From Heteronotia binoei (lineage: Eukaryota), in NCBI RefSeq assembly GCF_032191835.1, contig NC_083239.1, positions 55,924,001 through 55,988,000 of the forward strand: DNA of 64,000 bases, read 5' to 3'. Under the pieces are notes generated by a model. It saw only the letters and a program-made list of their open reading frames with translations. It had not been told where the DNA came from and made no database searches. Numbering within the stretch: position 1 is the first letter of the stretch; each line of letters starts with the position of its first letter. This document shows positions 48,821 to 59,358 of the stretch, piece after piece. A program made the position numbers and the translations under genes.

Positions 48821-49079
48821 GAGGCTTCCTGTTCAAGCAGTGGAAAGAGAAGTTCCTCTCTCTCTCGCCGGATGGGTGTCTTCTCATCGGCCCGCGTGCG
48901 GGAAGCCCTGCTGAGCTGGGCATCTCTCTGGGCACCAGCTGCGATGCCATCCTGGAGGGGAGCGAGATCTGTGACCTCCCACGCCTTCCCGTGGGCGCCC
49001 AGCGGGACAGCTGCCTGGGCCTCAGCCTCAACGACGGGAGATTCCTGCTTTTTCTCGCACCCAGCACCCAAGAGTGCAG
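48821..49079 (+). CDS. PH-domain protein exon 2: GGFLFKQWKEKFLSLSPDGCLLIG...SCLGLSLNDGRFLLFLAPSTQEC(R)
   Basis: CCCTTTTCAG acceptor, CAG|GTACAG donor, 259 nt, phase 1 in / 2 out; typical PH pattern (K-x-W-K-x-K-F-L-x-L ... F-L-A-x-S-x-x-E). Confidence 0.88.
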
Positions 49080-49119
49080 GTACAGCTCTCTGAGAGGGAG
49101 CGCCCTTCTGTGCCATTGG

Positions 49120-49273
49120 CAGGGGTGGGATTCTAGCAGGAGCTCCTTTGCATATTAGGCCACACACCCCTGATGTAGCCAAAGGCTCTTTTTTGTAAGC
49201 TCTTGGAGGATTGGCTACATCAGGGGTGTGTGGCCAAATATGCAAAGGAACTCCTGCTAGAATCCCACCCCTG
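49120..49273. mobile_element. Palindromic hAT MITE 40 bp into PH-gene intron 2
   Basis: ~60-bp TIRs CAGGGGTGGGATTCTAGCAGG...; identical 8-bp TSD GCCATTGG; partial relatives at 2755-3000. Confidence 0.9.
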
Positions 49274-49905
49274 GCCATTGGAATGATGGCGGGTTGCGCC
49301 CCCTGGTCCTCTCCCACTGAGCAGTGGGGGGTGTTCTGCTTCACACTGGACGTCCAGGCAAAACTCAGGCCCATTTCTCCCTGGGCGATGGCCCTGCAGC
49401 CCAGTTGTGGGGCCACTGCTTTGCATGCAGAAGGGCCCTGGTTCCATCCCCAGCAGGGGCAGCTCTGGTTAAAGAGGACCAGGGTGCAAGTAATAGCAAA
49501 GACTTCCGCCTGGGGCCCTGGACAGCCACTGCCGGTTAGAGAGGAGGCCATCTTGAGCTCAGTTGGCCTGGGGTCTGCTCAGTCAAAGGCAGCTTCATTT
49601 GTGTTAATTTGGGAAGTGACCGCTCCCACATAAGAGCTCGCTTTTAGATAACTTTCTGATTTAAAAAAAAATGTGCGTTCCCTTTAGCTTATGTAAGCAG
49701 AACACAGTGTATAAAGAAGGAGAAGACCACAGATTTACTTCTCTCTGAATCAGAGTCTCAGAGCGGCTTACAGTCTCCATTATCTTCTCCCCCCACAACA
49801 TGCTATTCAGAGAAAGGTGTCGGAGGCAGGTGGGGGTGGGAGTTTAATGTGATATGGTGCAAAGATGCATGGTGAAGATGTTTGTTTTTCCTCACTTTTC
49901 CACAG

Positions 49906-49939
49906 GCAGTGGCTGAACGTCTTAAGAAAAGTCAAAGAG
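49906..49939 (+). CDS. PH-domain protein exon 3: (R)QWLNVLRKVKE
   Basis: TTTTCCACAG acceptor, GAG|GTAAGA donor, 34 nt; supplies the invariant Trp of the PH C-terminal helix; phases match neighbours. Confidence 0.88.
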
Positions 49940-50249
49940 GTAAGAACGATTTAGTAGAGAAAAGAATAAAGGGCAGAAAGATTTGGTGGCAGGTGTCCGT
50001 GGAAGGCATATTGTTTGCAGGATATTATTGCGTGGATACTATTGAAGTATACTTGTTGTTTGTACACAAGCACAGACTTTTGCATTGAAAAAATAATTTG
50101 GATTTTTTTTTGGGGGGGGGGGGGGTAAAGATTTGTGATAAGATTTGTGAAAAACTCAAACAGGAAACTTGAAGTTTCAGTTTCTTTTAAACTACAGTGA
50201 GTGTACAGGCTGAATCTTGAGAAAACGTAGGTAAAACTTTGTTAGAGAT

Positions 50250-50870
50250 TATTTACGGAACACCTTACTTAAAAACATTGAGTTTATAACAATGTATATA
50301 CAAAACAAGAGCATAGCAGTATTGTACAACCTTGTGATAAGTGAGATATTGAATATACGAGATGCATAGAACGTCATGCAAAAATTCTTCCCAAATTATG
50401 CTGCATTGAAGAAGGGGGTCATAACAACAAATTTAAAACAACTAACATCCAAACATCTCATACAACCTTTTTAATGTCAGATATTAAGCAAATTCATGCA
50501 GATCAACTTTTTAGGAACCACATTGTGAGCAGACAAACTAATACAGGAAACTACTTTCCTACAAATTAGGAGTACATGCCCATTTTACTTTTTTGAGTTA
50601 GTTGATCAATGATTTTTCCCCCATTATGTACAGATTCTGTATCTTGTTATTCCACATATTTATGGAAGGCCCTGACATGCCTCTCCATCTAGCAGCTATA
50701 GCTGTTTTTGCTGCAATCAATAATGTGGCAATTAATTCTTTAGTAGTTTTTGATATATCTAGATCTGACCAGTAGTTTAGAAATAAGAGTTCTGGTTTCA
50801 TAGGTATATTAAAACCAGTCATAATATAAATCCGATTTAGAACCTGTCCCCAAAATGCTGTGATAACCTT
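50250..50870 (-). mobile_element. L1/Tx1-type LINE ORF2 3' remnant
   Basis: KELIATLLIAAKTAIAARWR...WNNKI; AT-rich; a similar remnant lies on + at ~35560-35945. Confidence 0.7.
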
Positions 50871-50984
50871 GCATCTATACCAACGAGGCTCAGACGAATC
50901 CACTTCTCCGCACATTTTCCAGCATGATGGAACACACTTAGAAGACATGCAAAATAATTTAAAGGTAAAAGTAGCTTGCCATTT

Positions 50985-51270
50985 GGTTTGGTTTCTGCCC
51001 TGTGTAAGCACCAAGTTGTTACCGACCCATGGGGTGACGTCACATCATGACATTTTCCTTGGCAGAATTTTTACGGGGTGGTTTGCCATTGCCTTCCCCA
51101 GTCATCTACGCTTTCCCCCCAGCAAGCTGGGGACTCATTTTACCGACCTCAGAAGGATGGAAGGCTGAGTCAACCTGGAGCCGGCTACCTGAACCAGCTT
51201 CCGCTGGGATAGAATTCAGGTCATGAGCAGAGCTTGGACTGCGGTACTGCAGCTTTACCACTCTGCCCCA
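50985..51270 (+). mobile_element. Sauria SINE
   Basis: Family body sequence; further copies at 52240-52500, 59712-60002, 60335-60630 (-), 62461-62579, 62824-63103. Confidence 0.85.
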
Positions 51271-51703
51271 ATTTAAGAGGGATTAAATATCCATGAGATA
51301 GAACACCTTCTGTCTGAGATACAATATCTCCGAGATCTCAGTTCCTACTTATATCTGACGAAGGGCTCTTGAAAGCTTACACTCCCCAAAATTTTGTTGG
51401 TCTCTAAGGGGCTCCTGCACTCGAATCTTAACGGTTCTCCTGCAGACCAACATGGCTGCCTTCTAGAACTATCTTTACAGAACCAAGGACCTGAAAGTTC
51501 TCTGTCTGAATCAAGTCTGATTAAGAAAATACCCGGACCATTGCCTGATAAAACATGCCTGCCAATCAGATGTCCTCTTCTGAATGGTTCTCTCTGGCTT
51601 GAGGTTAAGCTCCTGTTGAAGTACTCCCCCCCCAAAAAAAAAACCAGTTTCCAGCAAGTGGCTTGAAAATACAGCTGCCTCTCCCTTTTGCTTTGGTCCC
51701 CAG

Positions 51704-51833
51704 AGTTTCTCCGAAGGGTCTCCTTCTAGCTGCAAAGTCCACATCCACTCGCCAGCGAGAAAATGTTGCCGGAAAGGAGGAGCGGGTGCTGGCACGAGCT
51801 GCAGGCGGCCACCCAGCATGGAGAGAGAAGAAG
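51704..51833 (+). CDS. PH-domain protein exon 4: SFSEGSPSSCKVHIHSPARKCCRKGGAGAGTSCRRPPSMEREE
   Basis: Pyrimidine tract + CCCCAG acceptor, AAG|GTACTG donor, 130 nt, phase 0 in / 1 out; exactly bridges exons 3 and 5. Confidence 0.7.
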
Positions 51834-53340
51834 GTACTGGGTTTGGTTTCTGCTATTAGTTGCTTGCATCCTACCGCTCAAGTTTTGAATTGTGCTTATG
51901 CGGCTGCCCAGATTTGGATTGGGGCCTCAATGCAGGGAGAGCAGGGCTTTAAATGCCATCCCCCCATAGGTTGTTTTTATGATCTGAACCACACACAAAC
52001 ACACACACATGTGAGGCTGTTGTTAACCCTATGGGTGGAAACCTATAGGTATGCTTCTAAGCACTGTCAAGTTGTAGTCGACTTATGGCCACACCAGCAA
52101 GGGAGCTTCAAGGAAAGGGAGAAGCAGAGGTGGTCTGCCCTTGCCTTCCCCCGCAGAGCCTTCCTTGGTGGTCTCCCTTCTGTGATGTGCTGAGGGTGGG
52201 CTGGACCGTGGCCCCCTTCCCTCCAGTCATATAGGTAAAAAAAGGTAAAGGTAGTCCCCTGTGCAAGCACCAGACTCTGGGGTGATGTTGCATCAGGATG
52301 TTTTCACGGCAGACTGTTTACAGGGTGGTTTGCCCTTGCCTTCCCCAGTCCTCTACACTTTCCCCCCTGCAAGCTGGGGACTCATTTGACTGACCTCGGA
52401 AGGATGGAAGGCTGAGTCAACCTTTAGCCCCCTACCTGAACCCAGCTTCCTGACTAGAAAATGGTGCATGGCCAAAGTGTTACCCTCCGCCGCACAACGC
52501 GATCCCACCTGAGGCCCTAAGGCAGGAGTGTTGAACTTATTTGTTATGAAGGCCGGATCTGACAGAAATGAGACCTTGCCGGGCCGGGCCATGTCGGGCT
52601 GGGCTATATGAGTACCTATTTAAGATTAGGTAGCAGAGATACACATTTTATAAAGAACACAGACAAACACAAATATATATTTTTAAAAACTTAAAACATG
52701 CTTAAAACGTTAGCACTCGGTCTTAAAGATGCTTTCTTTGTATTTCTCCCATGGGATCCAGGGAACTGGACAAAGGAAGCTCTGGCTCTTTCCTTCCTTC
52801 CCTAAGGGACTGGGGGTGGGAGGAGCCTCAGCCAATAGAAGGAAGAGAGGCTTGGCTCAGTAGCTCCACTGTGCGATTGAGAGAGCCTGGCAAAGCAAGC
52901 TATTCCTCCCCAAGGGAGGTGCCTCAGCCTATGGAGAAAATAGAGGTTTTGCCCTTTAGCTCTTGTGCAGTTGAGCAAGCCTTGTACAGTAAGCTGTGAT
53001 GCAGAAGGAAGCAAGAGAGAGGGAGAAGGAAGCAGATGACAGCCAGTTGCTTAGGAACCCTCCAGGGGCCTGATTCGGCCCCCGAACTGCATGTTTGACA
53101 CCCCTGTCCTAAAGAGTGTCTTGAGAAAAGTTTAGAGAAAGGCTCTCATTTCATGTGGCCCAGAGAATCTGGGATTCTTTGGGTGCAGCCATGAGGGTAT
53201 CCGTGATGCCTCTTCAGCCTTCCTGCCCCGGGACAGCTGGGCTGCCCTCCTCCCCTTCCAAAGTTTCATGGCTTGGACGGAATTCCTGTTCCTTTCGCTT
53301 CATTGTCCGTGACGCAGGGTCCCCTTGTTCTTCTCCGCAG

Positions 53341-53630
53341 CTGCCCGGACCAGCCTGTGCCAAGAACCCTGCCTTCGCCACAACTCCCTGGCACATGCCC
53401 GGGTGCAAGCAGCTTGCCTCTTGGTGGGGGGAGCTGCCGCTGGCCCCACCATGGGCTACATGGTCACCTCTGCCAATGCCGGACAACCTGTGGAGTCGCA
53501 TCCGCCAGACTTCAAGGAGTTGGGCTACCACCCGTCGGCCTGCGACACAGAATCGCAATACGAAGCCCTGGATTACGAGGGGATGGACCAGGACTTTGAC
53601 GTGCTGGAATTTGGGAGCTTTGCCTTCTAG
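53341..53630 (+). CDS. PH-domain protein exon 5 (last): AARTSLCQEPCLRH...VQAACLLVGGAAAGPTMGYM...DYEGMDQDFDVLEFGSFAF*
   Basis: TTCTCCGCAG acceptor, TAG 53628-30. The joined CDS is 759 nt = 252 aa + stop. ATTAAA at 53927-32. Confidence 0.75.
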
Positions 53631-54095
53631 GCTCAGCCACTGCCCACCCCCAAACACCAGCATTTAAGGGCTAAGGCAGAAGCCTTCCTGCAGCCAGCAA
53701 ACAGACCCTCCCTTCCTCATGCCCTGGAGTAGTCCTTGCAGGTCCACAAGAACTTGTGTGTTTTTATTTCATTTCACTGTGTATGTGGGGTTATTTTTTT
53801 TTGGGGGGGGGAAGTATTGACATGTTAGTAGGATGTAACGTTGGGTCCCTGTCTTCCTTGAGGGAGCCAAGTTCCGTATCTGTTCCTGCCACAGCTGCCC
53901 ACCACATTCTTGTCTCGCTCTTTTGCATTAAATAGTAATTTCCTGTCTTTTCAACTGCTGATCTTGGGGATTATGAATGGCTGATGGGTGTCAGGAAAGT
54001 ACAGCTGGGGGAGGCCGCAGTGGAACCTCCTCGCCCTCCTTGTCTGCCTGAAAAACCCTGTCTGGACTCAGTCTGAGATGTGGAACACAAAACAT

Positions 54096-54305
54096 GGGGA
54101 GGGATGGTGGCTCAGTGGTAGAGCATCTGCTTGGGAAGCAGAAGGTCCCAGGTTCAATCCCTGGCATCTCCAAAAAAGGGTCCAGGCAAATAGGTGTGAA
54201 AAACCGCAGCTTGAGACCCTGGAGAGCTGCTGCCAGTCTGAGAAGACAATACTGACTTTGATGGACGGAGGGTCTGATTCAGTATAAGGCAGCTTCATAT
54301 GTTCA
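54096..54305 (+). mobile_element. tRNA-derived SINE (Squam2-like)
   Basis: Near-identical to 4490-4700. Confidence 0.75.
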
Positions 54306-55679
54306 TGAGCTAGACATTTAGGGCAACCAGCCTCTAGGTGGGGCACAGAATTCTGCTGGAATTGCAGCTGAGTTCCAAACGACAGAGGTCAGTTCCGCTG
54401 GAGGAAATGGTTTCTGAGGACAGGTTCTACAGCATCAGATCCCAAGCTGCGTCCCCAAACCCCATCCTCCCCTGGCAGTACCCCCCAACCTGCATTCCAG
54501 AGGTAGCCAAACTTGCTTAACGTAAGAGCCACAAAAAATAAGTATCAGATATTTGAGAGCCGCGAGACCCGAACGTCAGATGTTTGAGAGAGGAAGGAAG
54601 GAAAATAGATGGGAGGGAGGTGAAAAGAAAGTAACTTTAATTCTAAATGCATTCTCCAAGCATAATTGAACTCCAAAGGGAGTTTTGGCCATCACATTTA
54701 AAGGGACCGCACACCCTTTACATGCTTTTTCTCCATTGGAAATATTGAAGGATAGGAGCACCTTCTTTGGGGGCTCATAGAATTGGACCCCCTGGTCCAA
54801 TCCTTTTGAAATTTGGAGGGTATTTAAGGGAGTGATACTGGATGCTATGCTGAAAATCTGGTGCCTCTACCTCAAAAAACAGCCCCTCAGGAGCCTCACA
54901 TACCCACAGATTAATTCTCCATTCTACCCTATGGGAATCAGTTTCCATAGGGTGTAATGGAGTGCTCAGTGGACATTTTCTTCCCCACTTTCTGATGACC
55001 CCGAAGTGGGGGGAGGGCCTCAAAACCAGGGGATCCCCTGCCCCCGCCTGGGCATTGGCAACCGTAGGCTGGAGTGATTAGCAGCAATACAGCCGTATAG
55101 GACCTGTCCCTTTACCAACACAAATTTCTGACCACTACATGACAGTGTGATCCTATTGACCTATGCAAAAAGCCTTCTTGAACAATTGCGTTTTACGGAG
55201 CTTGCAGGAAGCCAGAAGAAAGGGGGCTTTCCTCACCTCCTCCAGGAAGGCCAATCCAGAAGGTGGGAGCCACAGCAGAGAAGGCCCAAAGACCAGCTGG
55301 TATCAGTTTTGCCCGTCTGCAGGCTGGGCCCTGCAGAAGCTGCCGCTGCCGTGAGCAAAGTCAGGAGAGAGGCGGACTTGCTGGGGCGAGGCCGCAGAGG
55401 GCTTTGTATGTGATAGCCAATCCCTTGAATTGAGACTGGCAATCGATGGGCAGGCAACGGAGCAAGGGGTGTGTTCCATGCAGCTCCTGAAAATACCTGA
55501 GGTGGTCAGCCTACCTGAGGCAAGTCACCTACCGCAGTTTGGGGGACAGCTCCTTTCTCTGCTCTTTCTCTTCCCCTCCCCGGAAGAAGCACATCTTCCC
55601 TGGGGCTGGGCAATTAGCCCAAAAGAACAGAGCTGCTCAAGATACTATGCCACGCCCGGTAAAAACCTGGGTTGTCAAT

Positions 55680-56049
55680 TTATCTTTTCAAATATCCCCA
55701 AGCTCTTTTCGGTTTCTCACAATTTGCCTTTCTTCTGCCCCAGCCCTTGAAGGGGCTCCTCTGCCTGAGGAGGCCGAACGGAACGTGGGCTTTCTGGACC
55801 CTCTTGAAAGGACGGCTGCGTTCCGTTGCAGAATAGCAGCATCCCCTCCCCTCCGTAATGCCCTCGGGGATTATTGCTGCCGGCATTTGAATGGTCTCTA
55901 ATCCCTGGGCAGCCAAGGGAGAATTTAATCATCATTTTAATCTCTTGGTCGCTATGCGTGATGCTTGTCAGGCCCGTGGTGGATTGATGGAAAGAGAGTG
56001 TCTTTAGTAGCAAATTACTCTTTGGGATAAACGAGGCATCCGTCCACTC
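55680..56049 (+). repeat. Dispersed duplicated non-coding element, copy B (3' of the PH gene)
   Basis: See copy A. Confidence 0.85.
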
Positions 56050-56719
56050 AAGGGAAAGGGGGCTTTGTGAATCACTGCTACAGAAAGCGAGGGCAGGGGT
56101 GGTGACCTAGCAGGGTTACCAACCTCCAGGCAGGGCCTGGAGATCTCCTGGCATTACAACCAGTCTCCAAAAGAAGGAGATCTGTTCCCCTGGAGAAAAG
56201 GGCTTTTTTGGAGGGTGGACTTTGTGGCATTATTCCCTGCTGAGGCCTTCCCCTTCCTCAAATCCTGCCCTCCCTAAGTTTCACTCCCAAATTTCCAGGA
56301 AGTTCCTGACCTGGAGTTGGCAACCTTATGTAGCTCTTGTGAATTAGGGGCCAAGGCTCGGAACTGGAGCAGAAACCTTACATGCCGCACCCACCACCAT
56401 TCCTTTCTTTCCCTGAGATCCCTGCTGAAAATGTAGCGGGTCTTGAGAAACGCCTTTTGCTGGCAGAGGTTCTGGAGAGGTTAAGAGGGCAATTCTGGGC
56501 TAGTTGGACCAGCAGTCAGACTTGACATAAGGTACCTTCAAAGAAGAAGGACTGAGCACCTGGTTGGCATGCAGAAGGCACCAGGTTTAATTTTGCCATC
56601 TCTTTGGAGAGACTTCGGTGAACTGTAGCGCTCGGCTGCCTCCCCTCCTATCAAGCATAGACAAGCTTCAAGAGGGGATTGGATAAACATATCATATTAG
56701 CCACAAGGTATAGATGGAA

Positions 56720-57400
56720 CACTCTGTCTGGGGCAGTGATGCTGGGGTTTTTTGGCTCTGGGGGGCACAGAAGGAGGGCTTCCGGAGTTCTGGCTCCACA
56801 GGTGGATCTCCTGACGTCCCCTGAGTTTTGACCACTGTGTGGCACAGAGTGTTGGACTGGATGGGCCATTGGCTTGATCCGACATGGCTTCTTTCCTGTT
56901 CCTGTGTCTGGGGCAGTGATGTTCTGTATTCTTGGCACTTGGGGGGCAACAGTGGGAGGGCTTCCGGAGTTCTGGCCCCACTGGTGGATCTCCTGACATC
57001 CCCTGAATTTTGACCACTGTGTTGGACTGGATGGGCCATTGGCTTAATCCAACATGGCTTCTTTCCTGTTCCTGTGTCTGGGGCAGTGATGTTCTGTATT
57101 CTTGGCACTTGGGGGGCAACAGTGGGAGGGCTTCTGGAGTTCTGGCCCCACTGGTGGATCTCCTGACATCCCCTGAATTTTGACCACTGTGTTGGACTGG
57201 ATGGGCCATTGGCTTAATCCAACATGGCTTCTTTCCTGTTCCTGTGTCTGGGGCAGTGATGTTCTGTATTTTTGGCACTTGGGGGCAACAGTGGGAGGGC
57301 TTCTGGAGTTCTGGCCCCACTGGTGGACCTCCTGAGGGCCCCTTGGTTTGGGCTGCTTTGCGACACTGAGTGTTGGTATGGATGGGGCACTGGCCTAATC
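56720..57400 (+). repeat. CR1 3'-end tandem array, ~4 units of 170 bp
   Basis: acatggcttctttcctgttcc recurs at 56882, 57052, 57222. Confidence 0.85.
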
Positions 57401-57917
57401 CAACAAGTCTTCTCTTGTATTCTTAAAATACCTGCAGATGTGAAGACTTGTAGAGCCCCCAAGAGGGGTCAAAACCCCTCAATGTGTGCTGACACAGCAT
57501 GGGCATCAGTGTGGGGCAGGGTGGCTCAGCAGGATGCTGTAGGAGCGAAGAACACGGTGGCTGCCCCATAATTTGAACCTGCGGACGAACAGGCCAGGCC
57601 CCGATCCTTGAGAAGAACCTTCCAGATATTCTGCAGACCCACTTCAGGAGGGCTTCTCGTCCACAGTCTCTGGAAAAGAATATTCACCCTCAAAAAGCAC
57701 ACTGCCATTTCTCTCTGCGGAAATCGGTTTCAGAATCTCACAGGGGCATGAAAGGGGAGGAATATTGTTTTTGCCAAGTCCCTTTACCTGATGTAATGTG
57801 GACTCTCTGAGTAGATAAAAGATTGTGGGTCCAAGGTCTCTTGGGTCATGATTAATCTGCAAACACGAAGGGTTCTCTGGGGTGCTACCCTAGAGAAGGC
57901 ACAATCACAGGGCCTCT

Positions 57918-58905
57918 TTGGGTTGCCAAGTCCAATTCAAGAAATATCTGGGGACTTTGGGGGTGGAGCCAGGAGACATTGGGGGTGGAGCCAGGAGCAA
58001 GGGTGTGGCAAGCATAATTGAACTCCAAAGGGAGTTGTGGTCATTACATTTAAAGGGACCCCACACCTTTTAACTGCCTTCCTTCCATAGGAAATAATGA
58101 AGGCTAGGGGACCTTCTTTTGGGGGTCATAGAACTAGACCCCTAGTCCAATCCTTTTGAAACTTAGAGGGTGTTTTGGGGAGAGGCATTGGATGCTATAC
58201 TGAAAATTTGGTGCCTCTAACTCAAACGACAGCCTCCCCCAGAGCCCCAGAAACCCGCCAATTAGGGTTGCCAAGTCCAATTTAAGAAATATCTGGGGAC
58301 TTTGGGGGTGGAGCCAGGAGACATTGGGGCGGAGCCAAGAACAAGGCTGTGACAAGCATAATTGAACTCTGAAGGGAGTTCTGGCCATCACATTTAAAGG
58401 GACGGCACACCTTTTCAATGCCTTCCTTCCATAGGAAATAATGAAAGATAGGGGCACCTTCTTTTGGGGCTCATAGAATTGGACCCCCAGGTCCAATCTT
58501 TTTGAAACTTGGGGGATATTTTGGGGAGAGGCACTAGATGCTGTACTGAAAATTTGGTGCCTCTGTCTCAAAAAACAGCCCCCCAGAGCCCCAGATACCA
58601 GCAGATCAATTCTCCATTATTTTCTATGAGAATAAATCTCCATAGGGAATAATAGAGTTCCCAGCAGACATTTCCCTCCCCTCCCCCCGCTTTCTGATGA
58701 CCCTGAAGCGGGGGGAGGGCCTCCAAACCGGGGGATCCCCTGCTCCCACCTGGGGATTGGCAACCCTACCGCCAATCAATTCTCCATTATTTTCTATGGA
58801 AATAAGTCTTCATAGGGAATAATAGAGTTCCTAGCAGACATTTCCCTCCCCTCCTCCTGCTTTCTGAGGACCTTGTAGCAGGGGGAAGGCCTTTAAACCA
58901 GGGGA
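57918..58905. mobile_element. hAT MITE (58263-58768) nested inside an older copy of the same family
   Basis: The inner copy has TAGGGTTGCCAA TIRs and identical TSD CCGCCAAT; the outer copy resumes at 58777. Confidence 0.9.
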
Positions 58906-58930
58906 TCCGCTAATGGGAGAACCGCTAATG

Positions 58931-59358
58931 AGACTACCTTTACCTTTATAGATGGAGCTCTCTGTCTGGGGCAGTGATGCTCTGTAATCTTGGTGCTTGT
59001 GGAGGTGGGGGGGGCGGGGACAGTGTGAGGACTTTTCTAGAGTTCTGGCCCTGCTGGTGGACCTCAGTTTCTTTAACCGGCATGAGAACCGCTAATGCCA
59101 GATAAAGAAACTGACTAGTCGCGTGCATCTTGTTGTGAGCGTTGGTTCCAGATTTGATCCAGACGAAGGTCTGCAACCGAAACACGGCTTTTTAAACCTA
59201 GGGAACGTGTGGTCATTTGCACTTCATTAGAAAGACATTGTCTCATGTGCTGAGTCTTCAATGTACTGCAAAGGAGCTTTTGACATCTCAGACAACATCG
59301 TCATCCATCTGGAGAGGGCAAAGCGCACCTGTTCACTCCTTGGAGTCTTTACTCTACA
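58931..59358. repeat. Inverted duplication partner of 62051-62478
   Basis: Composite Sauria head + CR1 tail + Penelope-like segment, shared with the same junctions. Confidence 0.85.

Noticed and set aside
51035-51042. Perfect CRE TGACGTCA
   Set aside because: A one-base variant of the Sauria SINE consensus; no independent support.
53155-53667. 170-aa alternative frame over PH exon 5
   Set aside because: Needs a phase-0 entry, whereas exon 4 ends in phase 1; the phase-1 frame gives a coherent C-terminus.
55330-55486. Possible minus-strand exon with good splice-like sites
   Set aside because: Translates to LPIDCQSQFKGLAITYKAL, a decayed L2 ORF2 motif.
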